From Octopus vulgaris (lineage: Eukaryota), in assembly GCA_951406725.2 (NCBI GenBank), contig OX597831.1, forward strand, positions 79,236,001 through 79,300,000: a stretch of 64,000 bases of DNA, written 5' to 3'. The notes under the pieces are model-generated. The model worked only from the letters and a program-made list of their open reading frames with translations. It had not been told where the DNA came from and did no database searches. A program made the position numbers and the translations under genes. This document shows positions 1 through 14,041 of this stretch, in pieces (positions within the stretch are counted from its first letter, which is position 1; each line of letters begins with the position of its first letter).

Positions 1-1000
1 AATAAATTTCGAAGAAGTTTTGTAGTTTTTTAAACTTTTTATCTATTTATTTATTTATTTATTTATTCATGTCATGCAAAAACATAGAATAAACAGAAAA
101 TTGTATGTATATTTTTGGATGCATGCCTCCTGCATAGATATATGTATGCATATATATACATATATATATATATGCATACATACATGCATGCATATATATA
201 TATGTATATACATGTACATACATGAATATACATATATATACATACATGCATATATGTCTCGTGTGTGTTTATATATATATATATGTATGTGTGTATGGAT
301 GTATATATATAATATATGTTTGCATGTATATGCGTTGTCTTGTTTATGTTCAAAGTTATTTTTAATATACAAACAAAACATGCAGCTGCAAGAAAAAAAA
401 AACAGATTTGTGTTTTTCTTTGATGCGTTTTTTGTTTCAAAAATACATAATTGTTCAATACCGACGTCGATCGGGTATCGATACACGATTGTTCCATTGG
501 TTTTTTTTTTTCATGTTCATATCTGTATTTTTATATTTTGTGTGTCATATTTCGTCAATTTTCTTCATCATGTTTTATCTTTAAGCATAAGACCATTTGC
601 TTACATATTCCACAGCATATTTTGAGGATGGGGGGGAAAGGGTTGATTTTTTTCTCTTTTTTTTTTTTTGGATAGTCTCTGAAGAAAGAAATCATATTTG
701 TGATTGAATATTGGGTATCGATTTATCACCAAGTCTCACTTGAAAACTATCGCAATCATCATCTTCTTTAATAATGATATTATTTCAATCCCCGGACTAC
801 GTCAGAGCTGGTATGCGTATGTTGCACACTCGTAGACATATTTAAAAGATTTTTTTCTATTTACTCTTCTCCTTTAAGCCACGCAGAGCGATATTCAATA
901 ATTTATTTTGGTCCATTTTGTTTATTGTTATTTTTTGTTTTTTCATTGTTTAATTAATTGTCTTTGTTATTTGGCCGGGTTTTGTATCATATATACAGTC

Positions 1001-1034
<34 letters not shown>

Positions 1035-1389
1035 CATATATAGTTATTTATATATTCTTTCGTCACATATCCTCATATATTTATATATGTATAGACATAC
1101 ATTTGCATATATGTATGTATGTATATATATGCACACGCACACAAATATTTGATTTTCAAAGATCATCCGAATAACCGAACAATTTTCACTACCCGATACA
1201 TATATATTGTAATGCGTTTGTCATAACATCGCCATAATTCCCAAACGCATAAAAACATACACTGTTGCAATCGCCATCTTTTCTTACAGGATATTTCTTC
1301 ATATCAATGGCGGTATTTGGAAAAAAAAATGAATAATGTGAATATTAACGTTATTGTATTTTTTGCGTTTTGTTTTTTCTGTTCTGTTT

Positions 1390-1485
<96 letters not shown>

Positions 1486-1787
1486 TTCATTTTTGTCTTT
1501 TTTACATGGCCATGCATTTTGAAAGATTCTATAGAAAGTCACTACTAAATGAAGGTAAGTGTATACGGAAGAGGGTGCCCGTCGGTTCTTGATTCCATTT
1601 TCCAAAAATGAAGAATGGAAGTGAAATAAGAATGGAGGAAAACAAAACGAATTTCCTTTTTCAAAGACGTCAGTTCAAAAATGTCATAACACTAGATATT
1701 TACACATAAGCGTTAGTATGTACGTACGTGTGTTTGTATGTATATATATATATATATACATTTATTTATGTGTATGTGTGTGTATGC

Positions 1788-1824
<37 letters not shown>

Positions 1825-2563
1825 ACTGTTATGTATGTACATCTATACATACCCATATACATATATATATATGTGTGTGTATATGGTCAGAGTTAAAATA
1901 CAAACCAAGCAATCAAAAATAACTCAAAAAAATATGAAAAGATATCAAAAAAAATATGAAAGCACCACATTAACACATCGTAAATATTTGCAGCAGTCAA
2001 TAAGTCTTTCTGTGATAATAATAATAATAATAATAATAGTAATAATAATAATGATAATAATAATAATGATAATAATGATAATAATATTGATAGTAATAGT
2101 TTGTTTTTGTTTTGTTTTTTGTTGTTGTTATTGTTGCTGTTTGTTTTTTTTAAAAATTAATATTATTTAGTAGCATCGTCTATTATGTCAAACGAAGACG
2201 TGGTCTTCAGAATCCTTTGTTAGGGGTGAATATTCCTGGCAAGAACCTTCTGTTACAAACAAAATTTCAACTTCTTCCGTTCTCGTGACCTTCCTGAAAA
2301 ATGTAGCTTGATCTCGTCGTGTAAAAACAGGTTTTTGCTTTTCGATTTTTATAGTCCTTTATTTCTCTCTTTATTGTTATCATTTTTATTATTATCATAC
2401 ACGTATATAGTTTCTGTTTTGTACGTCTGCCAAAACACGAAACAGACGTTGTGGGTGAGACGTGTCAATTATCTCTACCTAACCGTTTGTCATAATAGTA
2501 ATAATAATAATAATAATAATGATAATAATAATAATAATAATAGATATCATTTATATTACTATG

Positions 2564-2623
<60 letters not shown>

Positions 2624-2634
2624 TCGTTTTGGTT

Positions 2635-2671
<37 letters not shown>

Positions 2672-2812
2672 TTTTTTATAGGTTCTTTTCTTTTTCAGTT
2701 TTGCATGTAGCCTTTCTGAAAAATAGTTTCTTTACTATTCAACTGCTGTCTTTTATTCATGAAGACGGGGCTGGGGTAATTTTCGTGGCATTACGGTGGG
2801 ATGGAGAGAAAG

Positions 2813-2853
<41 letters not shown>

Positions 2854-2886
2854 ATATTCGCCGATCTTTTTTTTCTTTGTTCATCT

Positions 2887-4487
2887 TTATCCACTGTGAA
2901 GATCAACGTTATGTGACATTGTTCTACAAGGTCTTTCTATCATTGTCTCTTCTTGGTAGTTGATAGAATAACGGTCACGCCGAGAGGTGGTGCTGTTTGT
3001 TCGTTCGTTAACGACAGGCATTGAATTATTACCGTCTGGACTGTACACATTCTGATAATCGACCACCTCACCGGGAGATAACTGTTGACGCTCTGATCTC
3101 GAAGGAGACCGACTGTTTTCACCTGAATCCGAATTGCAACAAACTCTGTTATTAATAAGGTCCTTTGAATTGTGAGGCAGATTTGCTTGAGGAGAAGGTT
3201 GTTGTTGTTGTTGTTGTTGTTGCGTTGGATGGTGCTGTTGTTGCTGTTGCAGATTTGGGGAAGGGGGTATTTGACCATCGACGTCGACTTCTTCGTCTTC
3301 TTCTTCTTCGACAACTCCCCCCTCCTCTTTATTTTCACCTTCTTTCCCAATTCTTTCTCCTTCTCGTTCTTGGTGATGAGGTGATTGTCGCTGTTGTTGT
3401 TGTTGTTTACGATCTTGGTATCGTTGCTCTCCTTGCTCTCCTTCCTCTTCTTCTTCTTGGGTTTCTTGCACTTCTAACTCTTCTTGCTCTTCTTGTCTTT
3501 GTTCATGTTCCTGCTCTTCTTCTTCGTCGTCGTGATGTATGTTCGGATTTGGCGTAGATGGCGCTGAGTGCGTATGGACAACGTCCAAAGGAGGCGAAAC
3601 CGACCGTCTGAGCAGTATTGGAGAGCGCGGTTGCTTTAGATGATGCTGTTGTTGTTGTTGTTGTTGTGATGCCTGATGATGGGTGTAGTGTTGCTGCGAT
3701 AGTGATGACTGTGGGGACATGGGGGAATGATGTATTGGTGATCTCGACTGTTGTTGTTGTTGCTGATGATGATGATGTTGTTGGTGAGGGGGTGGAATTA
3801 GCGATGGAGACTGTTGTGGGGAAGGTGGCAACGGCGGCGGAAGAGGCGGCAGTGAGGGAGGCGGTGGCGGCTGTTGATGATGATGCGACGATAACTTATG
3901 TTGCTGCTGCTGTTGATGAAGATGCTGCTGCTGCTGCTGCTGGTGATGATGATGTTGCTGCTGCTGCGTTTGAAGATTTTGCATGTGATGTTTCGACGAC
4001 GTCATGTGCGCGAATTGCAGTGGCGTTACCCCAGGAGGGGGCGGAAGAGTGGGTATCGGCGGAGGGGGTGGTGGGGGAGGGTGCCGTGAAGAAAGATTCG
4101 GGCCATTGATGGTCGGCGGCGGCGGTAACACTGTTGTCGCCGATCCCAACATGGCCGACGATGAAGAAGCGGAAGAAGAAGAAGAAGAAGACGACGACGA
4201 TGACGACGACGACGACAGCTGCTGTTGCTTATGATGATACTGCTGTTGCACTTGGTGCATCATCGCTGACGAAGGATGCCCTGGTGGCGACGGTGGTAAA
4301 GACGAATACACATTCGCCCCACCCGCGCCATTGCCGATCATGTGACTCGGACTATTAGTTCTGCTGCGACTTCCGGTACTGCTGTTGCTGTTGTTGCTGT
4401 GGTGGCTATTATGGCTGTTATGGCTGTTATTAGAGTTGACATTACCACTGTTGCTGCTGTTGTTGTTGTTGTTATTGTTACTACTAC

Positions 4488-4520
<33 letters not shown>

Positions 4521-4911
4521 TGTGATGATGGTGATGGTGTTGTTGCTGTGAATGATGATGGCTTGGATTACTAGAGTTGTTCATCTGCCCACTTCCGCTA
4601 CCACCACCACCGCCACCACCACCGCCAGAGCTTCCGCCACGCCCACTGCCACATGATCCACCTCCACTACCAGCACCAGCACCAGCACCACCACCACCAC
4701 CACTACCACCACTACTACCACTACTGCTGCTACCATTACTTCCACCACCACCACCACCACTACCACCACTACCAGCACCACCACTACCATTGCCGCCGCA
4801 TTCTCGTTGATTCTCACGCACCAAAGCATTCTTATGCTCTGCCGCCTCAGCGTTTGAAATATTTTCCTGCTTCTTCCATTTTGTTCGCCGATTCTGGAAC
4901 CAGATCTTCAC
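2887..4911 (-). CDS. NK7: NK7-class homeobox gene, terminal coding exon (helix 3 plus long low-complexity C-terminus)
   Basis: Acceptor ttgaaatag|GTG at 4912/4911 joins in phase 0 to give TETQ|VKIWFQNRRTKWKKQENISNAEAAEHK. The post-homeodomain EAAEHK resembles insect NK7.1 as I recall it. The frame stays open for 674 codons to the stop at 2887-2889. The 'M' in the ORF track is the GTG Val45 codon. Confidence 0.88.
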
Positions 4912-5217
4912 CTATTTCAAAGAAAGCAAAACCATTTAGTAAACGCTAGTCAAATGGAACGAATTACATATGTTTTGTTACATAATAAAAGCAATACATT
5001 CGCTTCGTTTTACTCTAACAGCATTTATTTTTGGTTACGTAACATAATAAACATCATTATCTCAGCTACATAACGGAATAACATTGTTAACACTTCGTTT
5101 TAGTCACGTGACACGATAACACATTGTTATTCGTCGCATAACGGCTTGTTTTGATTGTCATAACATGATGACACAGATGTTTGGTCAGCAATAACAGTTA
5201 TAATAAGGGTGAAAACT

Positions 5218-5251
<34 letters not shown>

Positions 5252-5519
5252 GTATTATTTGTAACGATGATGATTATGATGATGATGACGACAACGACGA
5301 CTTCGACGATGATGATGATTATAGTATAATAATAATAATGATTTCTTTTATCTTTTATGAAAGAACTCATTATTTTTCTTGTTGCTTTTATTATTCTTAT
5401 TATCGTTATCATCATCATCATCATCATCATCATTATTATAATATGCCGGAAAATAAAGATTATAGACAAGCATATCATGTTGTTTTGAGTGTAAAACTTC
5501 ATGACATACTATTTTGGTC

Positions 5520-5572
<53 letters not shown>

Positions 5573-6110
5573 GATACTAATAAATAATAATGATGTCTTT
5601 ATTAACCACAAGGGTTTAAATTAAGTAAAACGTTATGAAGAGTACAGGACAAAACTAAGAATGTGTGCGTGTGTGTTTGTGTGTGTGTGTATGTGTGTGC
5701 GTGAGTTGTTGTGGGGGGTTTGCGTGTGAACAAGACCATAAAATATTTAAAAATCAACAATGTGTGTTCCTCAATAGGGGAGGGATGACGTTCAAGGGTT
5801 GCTCATGGAAAAACCCCACAAAAACCATTGGTACCCTCACTTTTGGTGTAGGCGCCTTTTTTTCCTTTGCTTTTTTTTCAACTACGGGCGTTATACAAAC
5901 CAAAAGACAGGAACTGGTAGCATGAATATTAATTTCTAGCAGGGGTTTTCATTTGCATATTTCTATATTTCTACGAATCTGTGTGTGGGAGGGCGGGTGC
6001 AGGCCTTGTGTGTATAGGCTTTTGGGTATCTCTTAATATAGAATATAGAAAAATAGGTTCGTAATTAAGTATATAGATAGGTAGGTAGGTAGGTAGGTAG
6101 GTAGATAGAT

Positions 6111-7350
6111 ATGTTTCTTTATTAGCCACACAGGGCTGCACACAGACGAGACAGCTTACAAAGTTGAGGTTTTCTTTTTAGGTAAAACAAAAAAATAAAT
6201 GAAAAAAAAAAAAATAAAATATGGGGTAGGTTTTCGATCAAAAGGGATCGTAAAAGGGAAAGAAGAAGAAAAAAAGCAAGAAAACAAAACGATCAATAGG
6301 GACCGTGTATCACAGTGTCATGATATAAGGTGTAAAGAGGGAAGCATATAAGGTTTATCCTTGGGAAGAAAAGCCTACAGAAAAGACCACGGCAACCTCG
6401 GTCAATATTGTTACATGTTACCACATTTGCTTGCAAGTAGGTAACCCTCTGTTTTAAATTTCCGGGTTCATAGGATCATGTTCACAAGATCATTCACGCG
6501 CGCCATCCTTGCTACATTCACCCATCTTCTTTTAAAACATTCACTAGACAAAACTTGCCTCTCTACTCTCACTTTCCTTTTCAAGTGATACTTGAAAAAG
6601 TTGATGAGAGATTGACCAGAGAGGAAAGTGTTTGTCTCAATCCTTTCAGACGCGTCCACCAGATACATTCTTTCGCCATAGCCACAAGGATGATGAAAAT
6701 AGCTCTTCCTTCCCGTTTGAAGGAAGGAGGCGTGACAATATTGACGATAGACTCAGCTGATAAACCGACTCGTCCCACATGTGACAGCAGTTGTTCGACA
6801 TAAGCCCACAGGTCGGAAATTGTTGGACACTGCACGAGTGCGTGCAGAACGGTTTCGTCGCTCTGCCCGCATATCGGGCAGGTTGCCCCCGTGTTTCTCG
6901 AGCAGTGTCTGTAGAGCTTATCCCGAACGGGTAGCGCTTCTCGATAGCACTGCCAGGCCAGGGATCTCTGGAAGTTGTCCATGGGTCCTGGCCCGAAAGT
7001 CGTCCCAAACAGGCGGGTCAGGTACTCCTCGTCGACGTCCAGGTTCGCCCCGAGCTCGTCGTCGTACCTCCCCTCCACTAATCCCCTATAGAATGCTTTG
7101 GTTGTGATGAAGTCACTCAAGGTCGACCCGGGACGGCAGAGTTGCTTGAGAGCAACGCGACACTCGCGGTGCCATTCGCCCTTTTTCGGCCTCTTTTTGA
7201 TCCACGACTGCAGTTCTGTCATGGAGACGAGTTGCGGGAAAGCGTGCCTCACAAACGGCGACCACACCTGTTCACTGTCGTCTACGTAGAGCCGGAGATG
7301 TCGCAGTGTCAGCGCGTGTCTGCGCATCATCAACCACGGCATGCCCAATG
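6111..7350 (-). mobile_element. 5'-truncated Tx1/L1-clade non-LTR retrotransposon (ORF2 C-terminus with zf-RVT-type zinc finger, plus 3' UTR)
   Basis: ORF 6581-7363 contains LGMPW and LAWQCYREALPVRDKL...CPICGQSDETVLHALVQCP (CCHC). A frameshift near 6640 continues in ORF 6468-6668 (FLSGQSLINFFKYHLKRKVRVER...RRW). The 3' end has stem-loop AGCC-ctgtgt-GGCT followed by AATAAA at about 6117-6137. Confidence 0.85.
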
Positions 7351-7371
7351 GATGGATAGACATACATACAT

Positions 7372-7407
<36 letters not shown>

Positions 7408-7419
7408 ATAGATAGACGT

Positions 7420-7630
7420 TGAGCAGGCAGAATCGTTGCCGCGCCGCGCAAAATGCTTAGCGACATTTCCCCTGTGTTTGTGTTCTGAGTTCAATATTCC
7501 ACGGAGGTCGAATTTACCTTTCGTCCTTTCGATATCGATAAAATAAGTGCTACCTGATCAATGGGTTCGATGCAACCGACTTACCCGCTTTTCACGAAAA
7601 TGCTAAGCTTGTGCCCAAATTAGAAACCAG
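7420..7630 (+). mobile_element. SINE family A monomer
   Basis: GGCAGAATCGTT...GTTCTGAGTTCAA...GAGGTCGA...CTTGTGCCCAAATTAGAAACC aligns with the other copies. Confidence 0.7.
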
Positions 7631-8161
7631 TTTAAATGAATATACATATAGTATAATATTGACCGAAAAACAAAAACGGATGGTCACAGATGGAATGTCT
7701 TTTACAATCAAAAGCCCTTTGCACAACGGCAAATACGAACGGTAACAACGAGAATCATAATTGCTACCACTACTACTGCTGCTGCTGCTACGATCACGTG
7801 TCTTTTCACGCATTGTGAATGTATCTGTAGCCAGCAGTCACTGAGATTTTCGTTTAATAAATTACTTGATCGTAATCAAGCTACATTTCTCTTCATCATC
7901 CGAATTAGTGACTTTATCTTATTAAACGTGTTCATCAAGATGGCCGACATGTTGAACAATGACCGTCAACAAAAATTCAATGAAGCAAATAAAGACACTC
8001 CGCCATTTAATTATCCACTTACGTCTTAATTTAACGACCTATCTCTTTACACATCTGTGTAACTATTCGTATTGCGTATACATCTCTCTATATAACAGCC
8101 TGCCTGTTTGTGTCTCCTCTCTATCACTTTCACTTTTCTGTTCTTTTCTTGTATTTCTTCC

Positions 8162-8213
<52 letters not shown>

Positions 8214-8231
8214 TAAATATATATATATATT

Positions 8232-8262
<31 letters not shown>

Positions 8263-8325
8263 TATTATATAATATAATATATATGTATACATATATTTTT
8301 ATGCATGTATATGTATATCTGTCTG

Positions 8326-8410
<85 letters not shown>

Positions 8411-9254
8411 GCCTTTCTCATCGTTCACTTCACGCTATGTGTTAGTGAACATGTATGCATATATGCATCCGTATGTATGTATGTACGTACGTATGTATGT
8501 ACGTATGTATGTATGTATGTATATATGCATGCATACATGTTTCCATGTATATCTATATCCTTTCATAATCAATTAACCTGGCCCACTCGTGTCTCTACCA
8601 CTCTCTCTCTATCTCTCTCTCTCTCTCTCTCTCACTTTCTCTCTCCCCCTCTCTTTCTCTCTCTCTCTTTCTCTCTCTTTCGTACTGACCATGCTCTGAA
8701 AAAAATCTCTACTTAAACGATTACCATATAACTTCATTGAGCACCATGTTGGAACAACAGCTCGGAAATGCGCTGTTTCTCAGATATACATTAGCTACAG
8801 CAGTCTCTCACCAGTCCTTCTGATCCTTAGAATCTTCATATCTTATCAGTTTCCCTCATATGTCCATAATTATACCAGCAACGCCTTATCTTTTAATAGT
8901 AACTATACACATATTACCTGACCTTTCATCAGATACCCTTATTTTTCTGTGATTCTACCCACAATAAATGATCCCTCTACGCTGATATGCAACTAGAGAT
9001 ATATAAATCTTATCATCCATCAAATAACTTCGTTTCTTTTGTAATAATACCCACAATAGATTATCGATTACGATTATCAGCTCTAGAAAAATTTCATCAT
9101 TGATCACCAACCGTTCATTAGTTCGTAAACAACACTCAAAATGGTGGACCTGTGTTTGTAGTAACGGCAGATATATAAAATTTGTCTTTCGTTATATATC
9201 TTTATTTTATATACGCGTTATGATGCGATCTATTATATAGTAGTGGTGGTGGTG

Positions 9255-9326
<72 letters not shown>

Positions 9327-9384
9327 AGGAACACTGTAACTTAGCGGTTTAGCATTAATACACCGAGAGAATAAGTACTATATA

Positions 9385-9612
9385 TTCTTGTATTCTTTCA
9401 CTTCTTACAGTCATTTTGACAGCGGCCGTGCTGGAGCACTGCCATAAAGGGTTTTAGTCGAAGAAATCGACACAACGACTTATTTTTGTAAGCGCAGGAC
9501 TTATTCTATCGGTCTTTTCTTACCGAACCGCCAAGTTACGGTGACGTAAACACACCAAATCGGGGTCAAGCGATGGTGAGGAGACAAACACAAACACACA
9601 CATATACACCCG

Positions 9613-9682
<70 letters not shown>

Positions 9683-9812
9683 TCTACTTTCACTTTCCGT
9701 CTATCAAATCCACTCATAAGTCTTTGGTCGGCCCACGGTTTAGAGTAGAAGACATTTGTCCAATGTGCTACGCAGTGGAAATGTAGTTGAGAAACAAGCT
9801 TCTCATCACACA
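9385..9812 (-). mobile_element. SINE family B
   Basis: Colinear with the other copies, with a long internal (TA)n. Confidence 0.8.
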
Positions 9813-9941
9813 TTCACACACACACACGCACACACACACACACAAATATATTTCCTTTATTTATACCTCTATGTATATGCATACATATTGTACACATATA
9901 TACATACATATATGTATATAGAAACATATGTATGATGTGTG

Positions 9942-9985
<44 letters not shown>

Positions 9986-10695
9986 CACACACATGCGTAT
10001 GTGTGTGTGTGTGTGTGTAATAGTTTTAACTACCCATCAATTTTTAAAATATAGTATTCTCTGAAACAAACTACCAGTTCTGTCCAACCATCACAACCAC
10101 CATCAACCCTTTCACCTCACCACCACCCACCCACCCACCTCCTACTACTACCACCACTACTGCTGCTGCCGCTACTATTACTATTCTACTAATACAAATT
10201 ATGTGTGTCAGGTTTCTCTGTAAGTCAGTCTATCTTTAAACATCGCCCTGCTTAACAGACCATTAATGTTGTTATTATCATCTCTCCCCCCTCTTCGCCC
10301 CCCCCCTCTCTCAACCCGCTGTTTTAACAATGCCATTTACACACCATTGCTTGTGTTTATCTATCAATTATCCACCTGGACATCATCACTTCCTCGCCAC
10401 CACCATCGTCTCTGTACATGCCTTTCCTAGTTGCCCTTTTTCAATCGCTGGTCTCTGCTTTGATTTTCCTTTTTTTTTGTTTTGTTTTGTATGCTTTCTT
10501 CCTTTTTGTTCTTCTTTTTGCTTTGTTTTGTATTCTTTTCTCTATATAGCGAAGTATTTGTCTATCTCTCTGCCTCTCTCACTCTCTCTTCCTCCATTTT
10601 CTTCATATCTCCACCTTTCTTATATATATGTATACATACACACACAAATATGCTCATACGTAAACTAATAAAGACATATATTTATACATATATCT

Positions 10696-10800
<105 letters not shown>

Positions 10801-11715
10801 TGTATGCATGTATGTATATGTCTAAATATACACGTATGAATACACACGCACACATACAGTTATTCACGCACACTTACATACTCACACACACACATATATA
10901 TAATTATATACACACACATATATCAATATATATATATATATATATCGATTTACCTATTCGTCTACGTATCTATCTCAATGTCCATCTCAGTCCATATACA
11001 CACACGCATACGCGCACGCGTATACGTGAATGGAGATAGAAACAGAGAGAGAGAGAGAGAGAAAAAGAAAGAAAGTGTGTGTATGTGTGTGTGAGCGTGC
11101 GTGCGTTTCTGTCTCTATGTGTATGTCTGTGTCTGTGTGCGTGTGTGTGTGTGTGTGAAAGAAAGAGACATTACACACAGATATATATATATAGTCGTGT
11201 GGTCTTCCTCCGATCACTTCTCTGTCCATACTAACACGCTCATACGGTTGTCCTCCCCTTCCTGCCTCCCACCGTTCCCCCACGCCCCCCAACTAATGCC
11301 TCATGAGCCACTCTAATTAGGCTAAAGAGATCAATGTTTCGCTGTGGCCAACATACATCTGCTTAAACGCATGGGAGTGTGTGTGTGTGTGCGCGCATGC
11401 GTTTGTCTGTGCGGCTTTGAGTGTATACGTGTGTGTATGCGTGCATACATACATATCTATGTATACACATGTCTGTGTGTGTAAGTGTATATTATATATA
11501 TTTATGTGCACACACATATACACACCCGCACACACATATACATAACATCTATGTGATGCACTTTAATGTCACTATTGGTACGCTTATGGCCAAACATATA
11601 ATTGGAGACATACAGACACTCACACTCACACATATACAGTCAAAGATACAGAGACACATTATATATATATTCATGCATACACACACACACATATATATAT
11701 ATGTATATATATATG

Positions 11716-11772
<57 letters not shown>

Positions 11773-11886
11773 CTATCTATATATATATATATATATATAT
11801 ATAAAGACACACATATATATAATTGTATATATATATACACATACACACATACATTATATGTATATATGTATATATGTATATATGTA

Positions 11887-11995
<109 letters not shown>

Positions 11996-13923
11996 TGTGT
12001 ATATGTGTATATATGTACGTACATACATTTGATATCGAGAACGCATGCGCTGGATACTCTGAAGGATACGTACAATCGGACTTCTAATTTGAAGTTAGCT
12101 GATGGCACTGAAGATCGCAAAGACTAGAAACGATGGCCATGCAGAAGAAGAAAGAGAACAAACGGAGAGAGGGAGGGAGAGAGAGAGTGGGAGAGAGAGA
12201 GAGAGGGGGAAGTAAGAGAGAGAGAGAGATTTGAGACGAGAAAGGAATTATATGAGAAGAGAATGAGAGGCGAGCGAAGATTGAGACAAAGTAATAAGGC
12301 AAGAAGAATGGAAATGGGACGGGAAGAGATGCCAGAATAGTAAAACGGATGATATAAAGATTGGAGGGCAGCAGCGGCAGCAGCAGCAGCGAGGCGTTAA
12401 TGGCGGTAGTGGTGGTGGCGGTGGTGATGAAGGGTGCGTGTATGGGTAAGGGTCCGTGTCTTAAAGACTTGAGGAAGGAACGAAAAGAGATGAAGGTAGG
12501 TGGGTAGGTGGGTGAGGGTAATTAGAGTGGGTGGCGTTAGGTGGAGTGGGGCCTGGTCGGAGAGTGGTAATCGTAATGTTGAACCTGATGACGATGATGA
12601 TGGTGACGATGAAAGTGGTGTTTATTGTATGGTGGTGGTGGTCGTGGTGTTGGTGGTGGTGTTGGTAGTGATGATGTTCATAGTGGTTCCGGAAGGGGGT
12701 GGATGCTGGAAATTGTTGTTGTTGTTGTTGTTGCCAGTGGTGGTACTGGTGGTACTGGTGACGGTGGTGGTGGTGGTGATGGTGGTGGTGGTGATGGTGG
12801 TGATGATGATGATGATGATGACGGTAATGGTGGTGGTGGCGATGATGATGATACTAATTGTGATGATCTCGCGATGGTAGGTGGTATGGTGGCGGTGATG
12901 GTGGTGGTGGTGGTGCTGCTGCTGCTGCTTCTGCTGCTGCTGCTGATGATGATGGTGATGATGCTGATGCTGGTGGTAGTGGATATTTTGAAATGGGAGT
13001 GAATAGAGAAGTGGGGGGAGGGGTTGAATGAGCGTTTCATTTGGCGATGGACACAGATGTTGGATCCTTAATGTGGACTTAAAGGGGTTCAAAACGGAAG
13101 TTGATGGGATGGGACGGATGGCAAGGGGAAGGGGTTAAGGGTTAGATGAGCACAAATTGGTAGAATACAAGGGAGAGGAGGAGGAGGAGGAGGAGGAGGA
13201 CAGCTACGATGATGATAATGATGGTAGAGGTGCTGGTGGTGATCATCATCATCATCATCATTATCGTTTTTATTGCGCTTCTTTTAAGATGTTGATGATG
13301 ATGGTGGTTGTGGTGATTATTGTTGTTGTTGTTTGTTGCGCTGTGACTAATTCTAATGACGATGGTGGTGGTAGTGGTGTAGTTTTCGACGGTGAGGATG
13401 ATGACAACGACGACGACGACGACTGCGACCACGACGGTGACGACGACGACGATGGTGATGGAGATGGTGATGATGGAACATGGTGGGCATGGAAAGGTAG
13501 GGGGCGTGGAAGACGGTGTTGGTGGCTGGAAGAAGATACTAAGTAAGAATTAGAGAGCTGAGTGGTGTGACTGGCGCCATTGTTGTTCTTGTTGTTGTTG
13601 CTGTTGGTGGTGCTGGCGGTTGCGGTAGTGGAGGGGGGGGTAAATCATATTGCTTGAGTGGACAGAGATCAATCTTAAGTCAATTGACCACCAATCTTGA
13701 TATCACTCCAATTATTATCCCCGCCGCTCTCCCCATTTCTTCTCCTCACCTCATCATCAGTACAACCTGTCTATTTTCCCCTTCTGCCTCTTACGTACTC
13801 TGTTATTCCTTCCCTTACGATATCTCCTCTTCTCTATATCTCTTTACTTCTCTCCTCTCTTCTCCGCTCGTTATGTATACACACACACACACACACACGT
13901 ATATATATATATTCATACACGTC

Positions 13924-14041
<118 letters not shown>

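Noticed and set aside
3165-4949. Plus-strand ORFs overlapping the NK7 terminal exon
   Set aside because: They are antisense shadows of the trinucleotide-rich coding sequence.
12100-12145. CTGAAGA...GAAAC motif
   Set aside because: There is no convincing stem II, NUH triplet or stem I, so it is likely chance.
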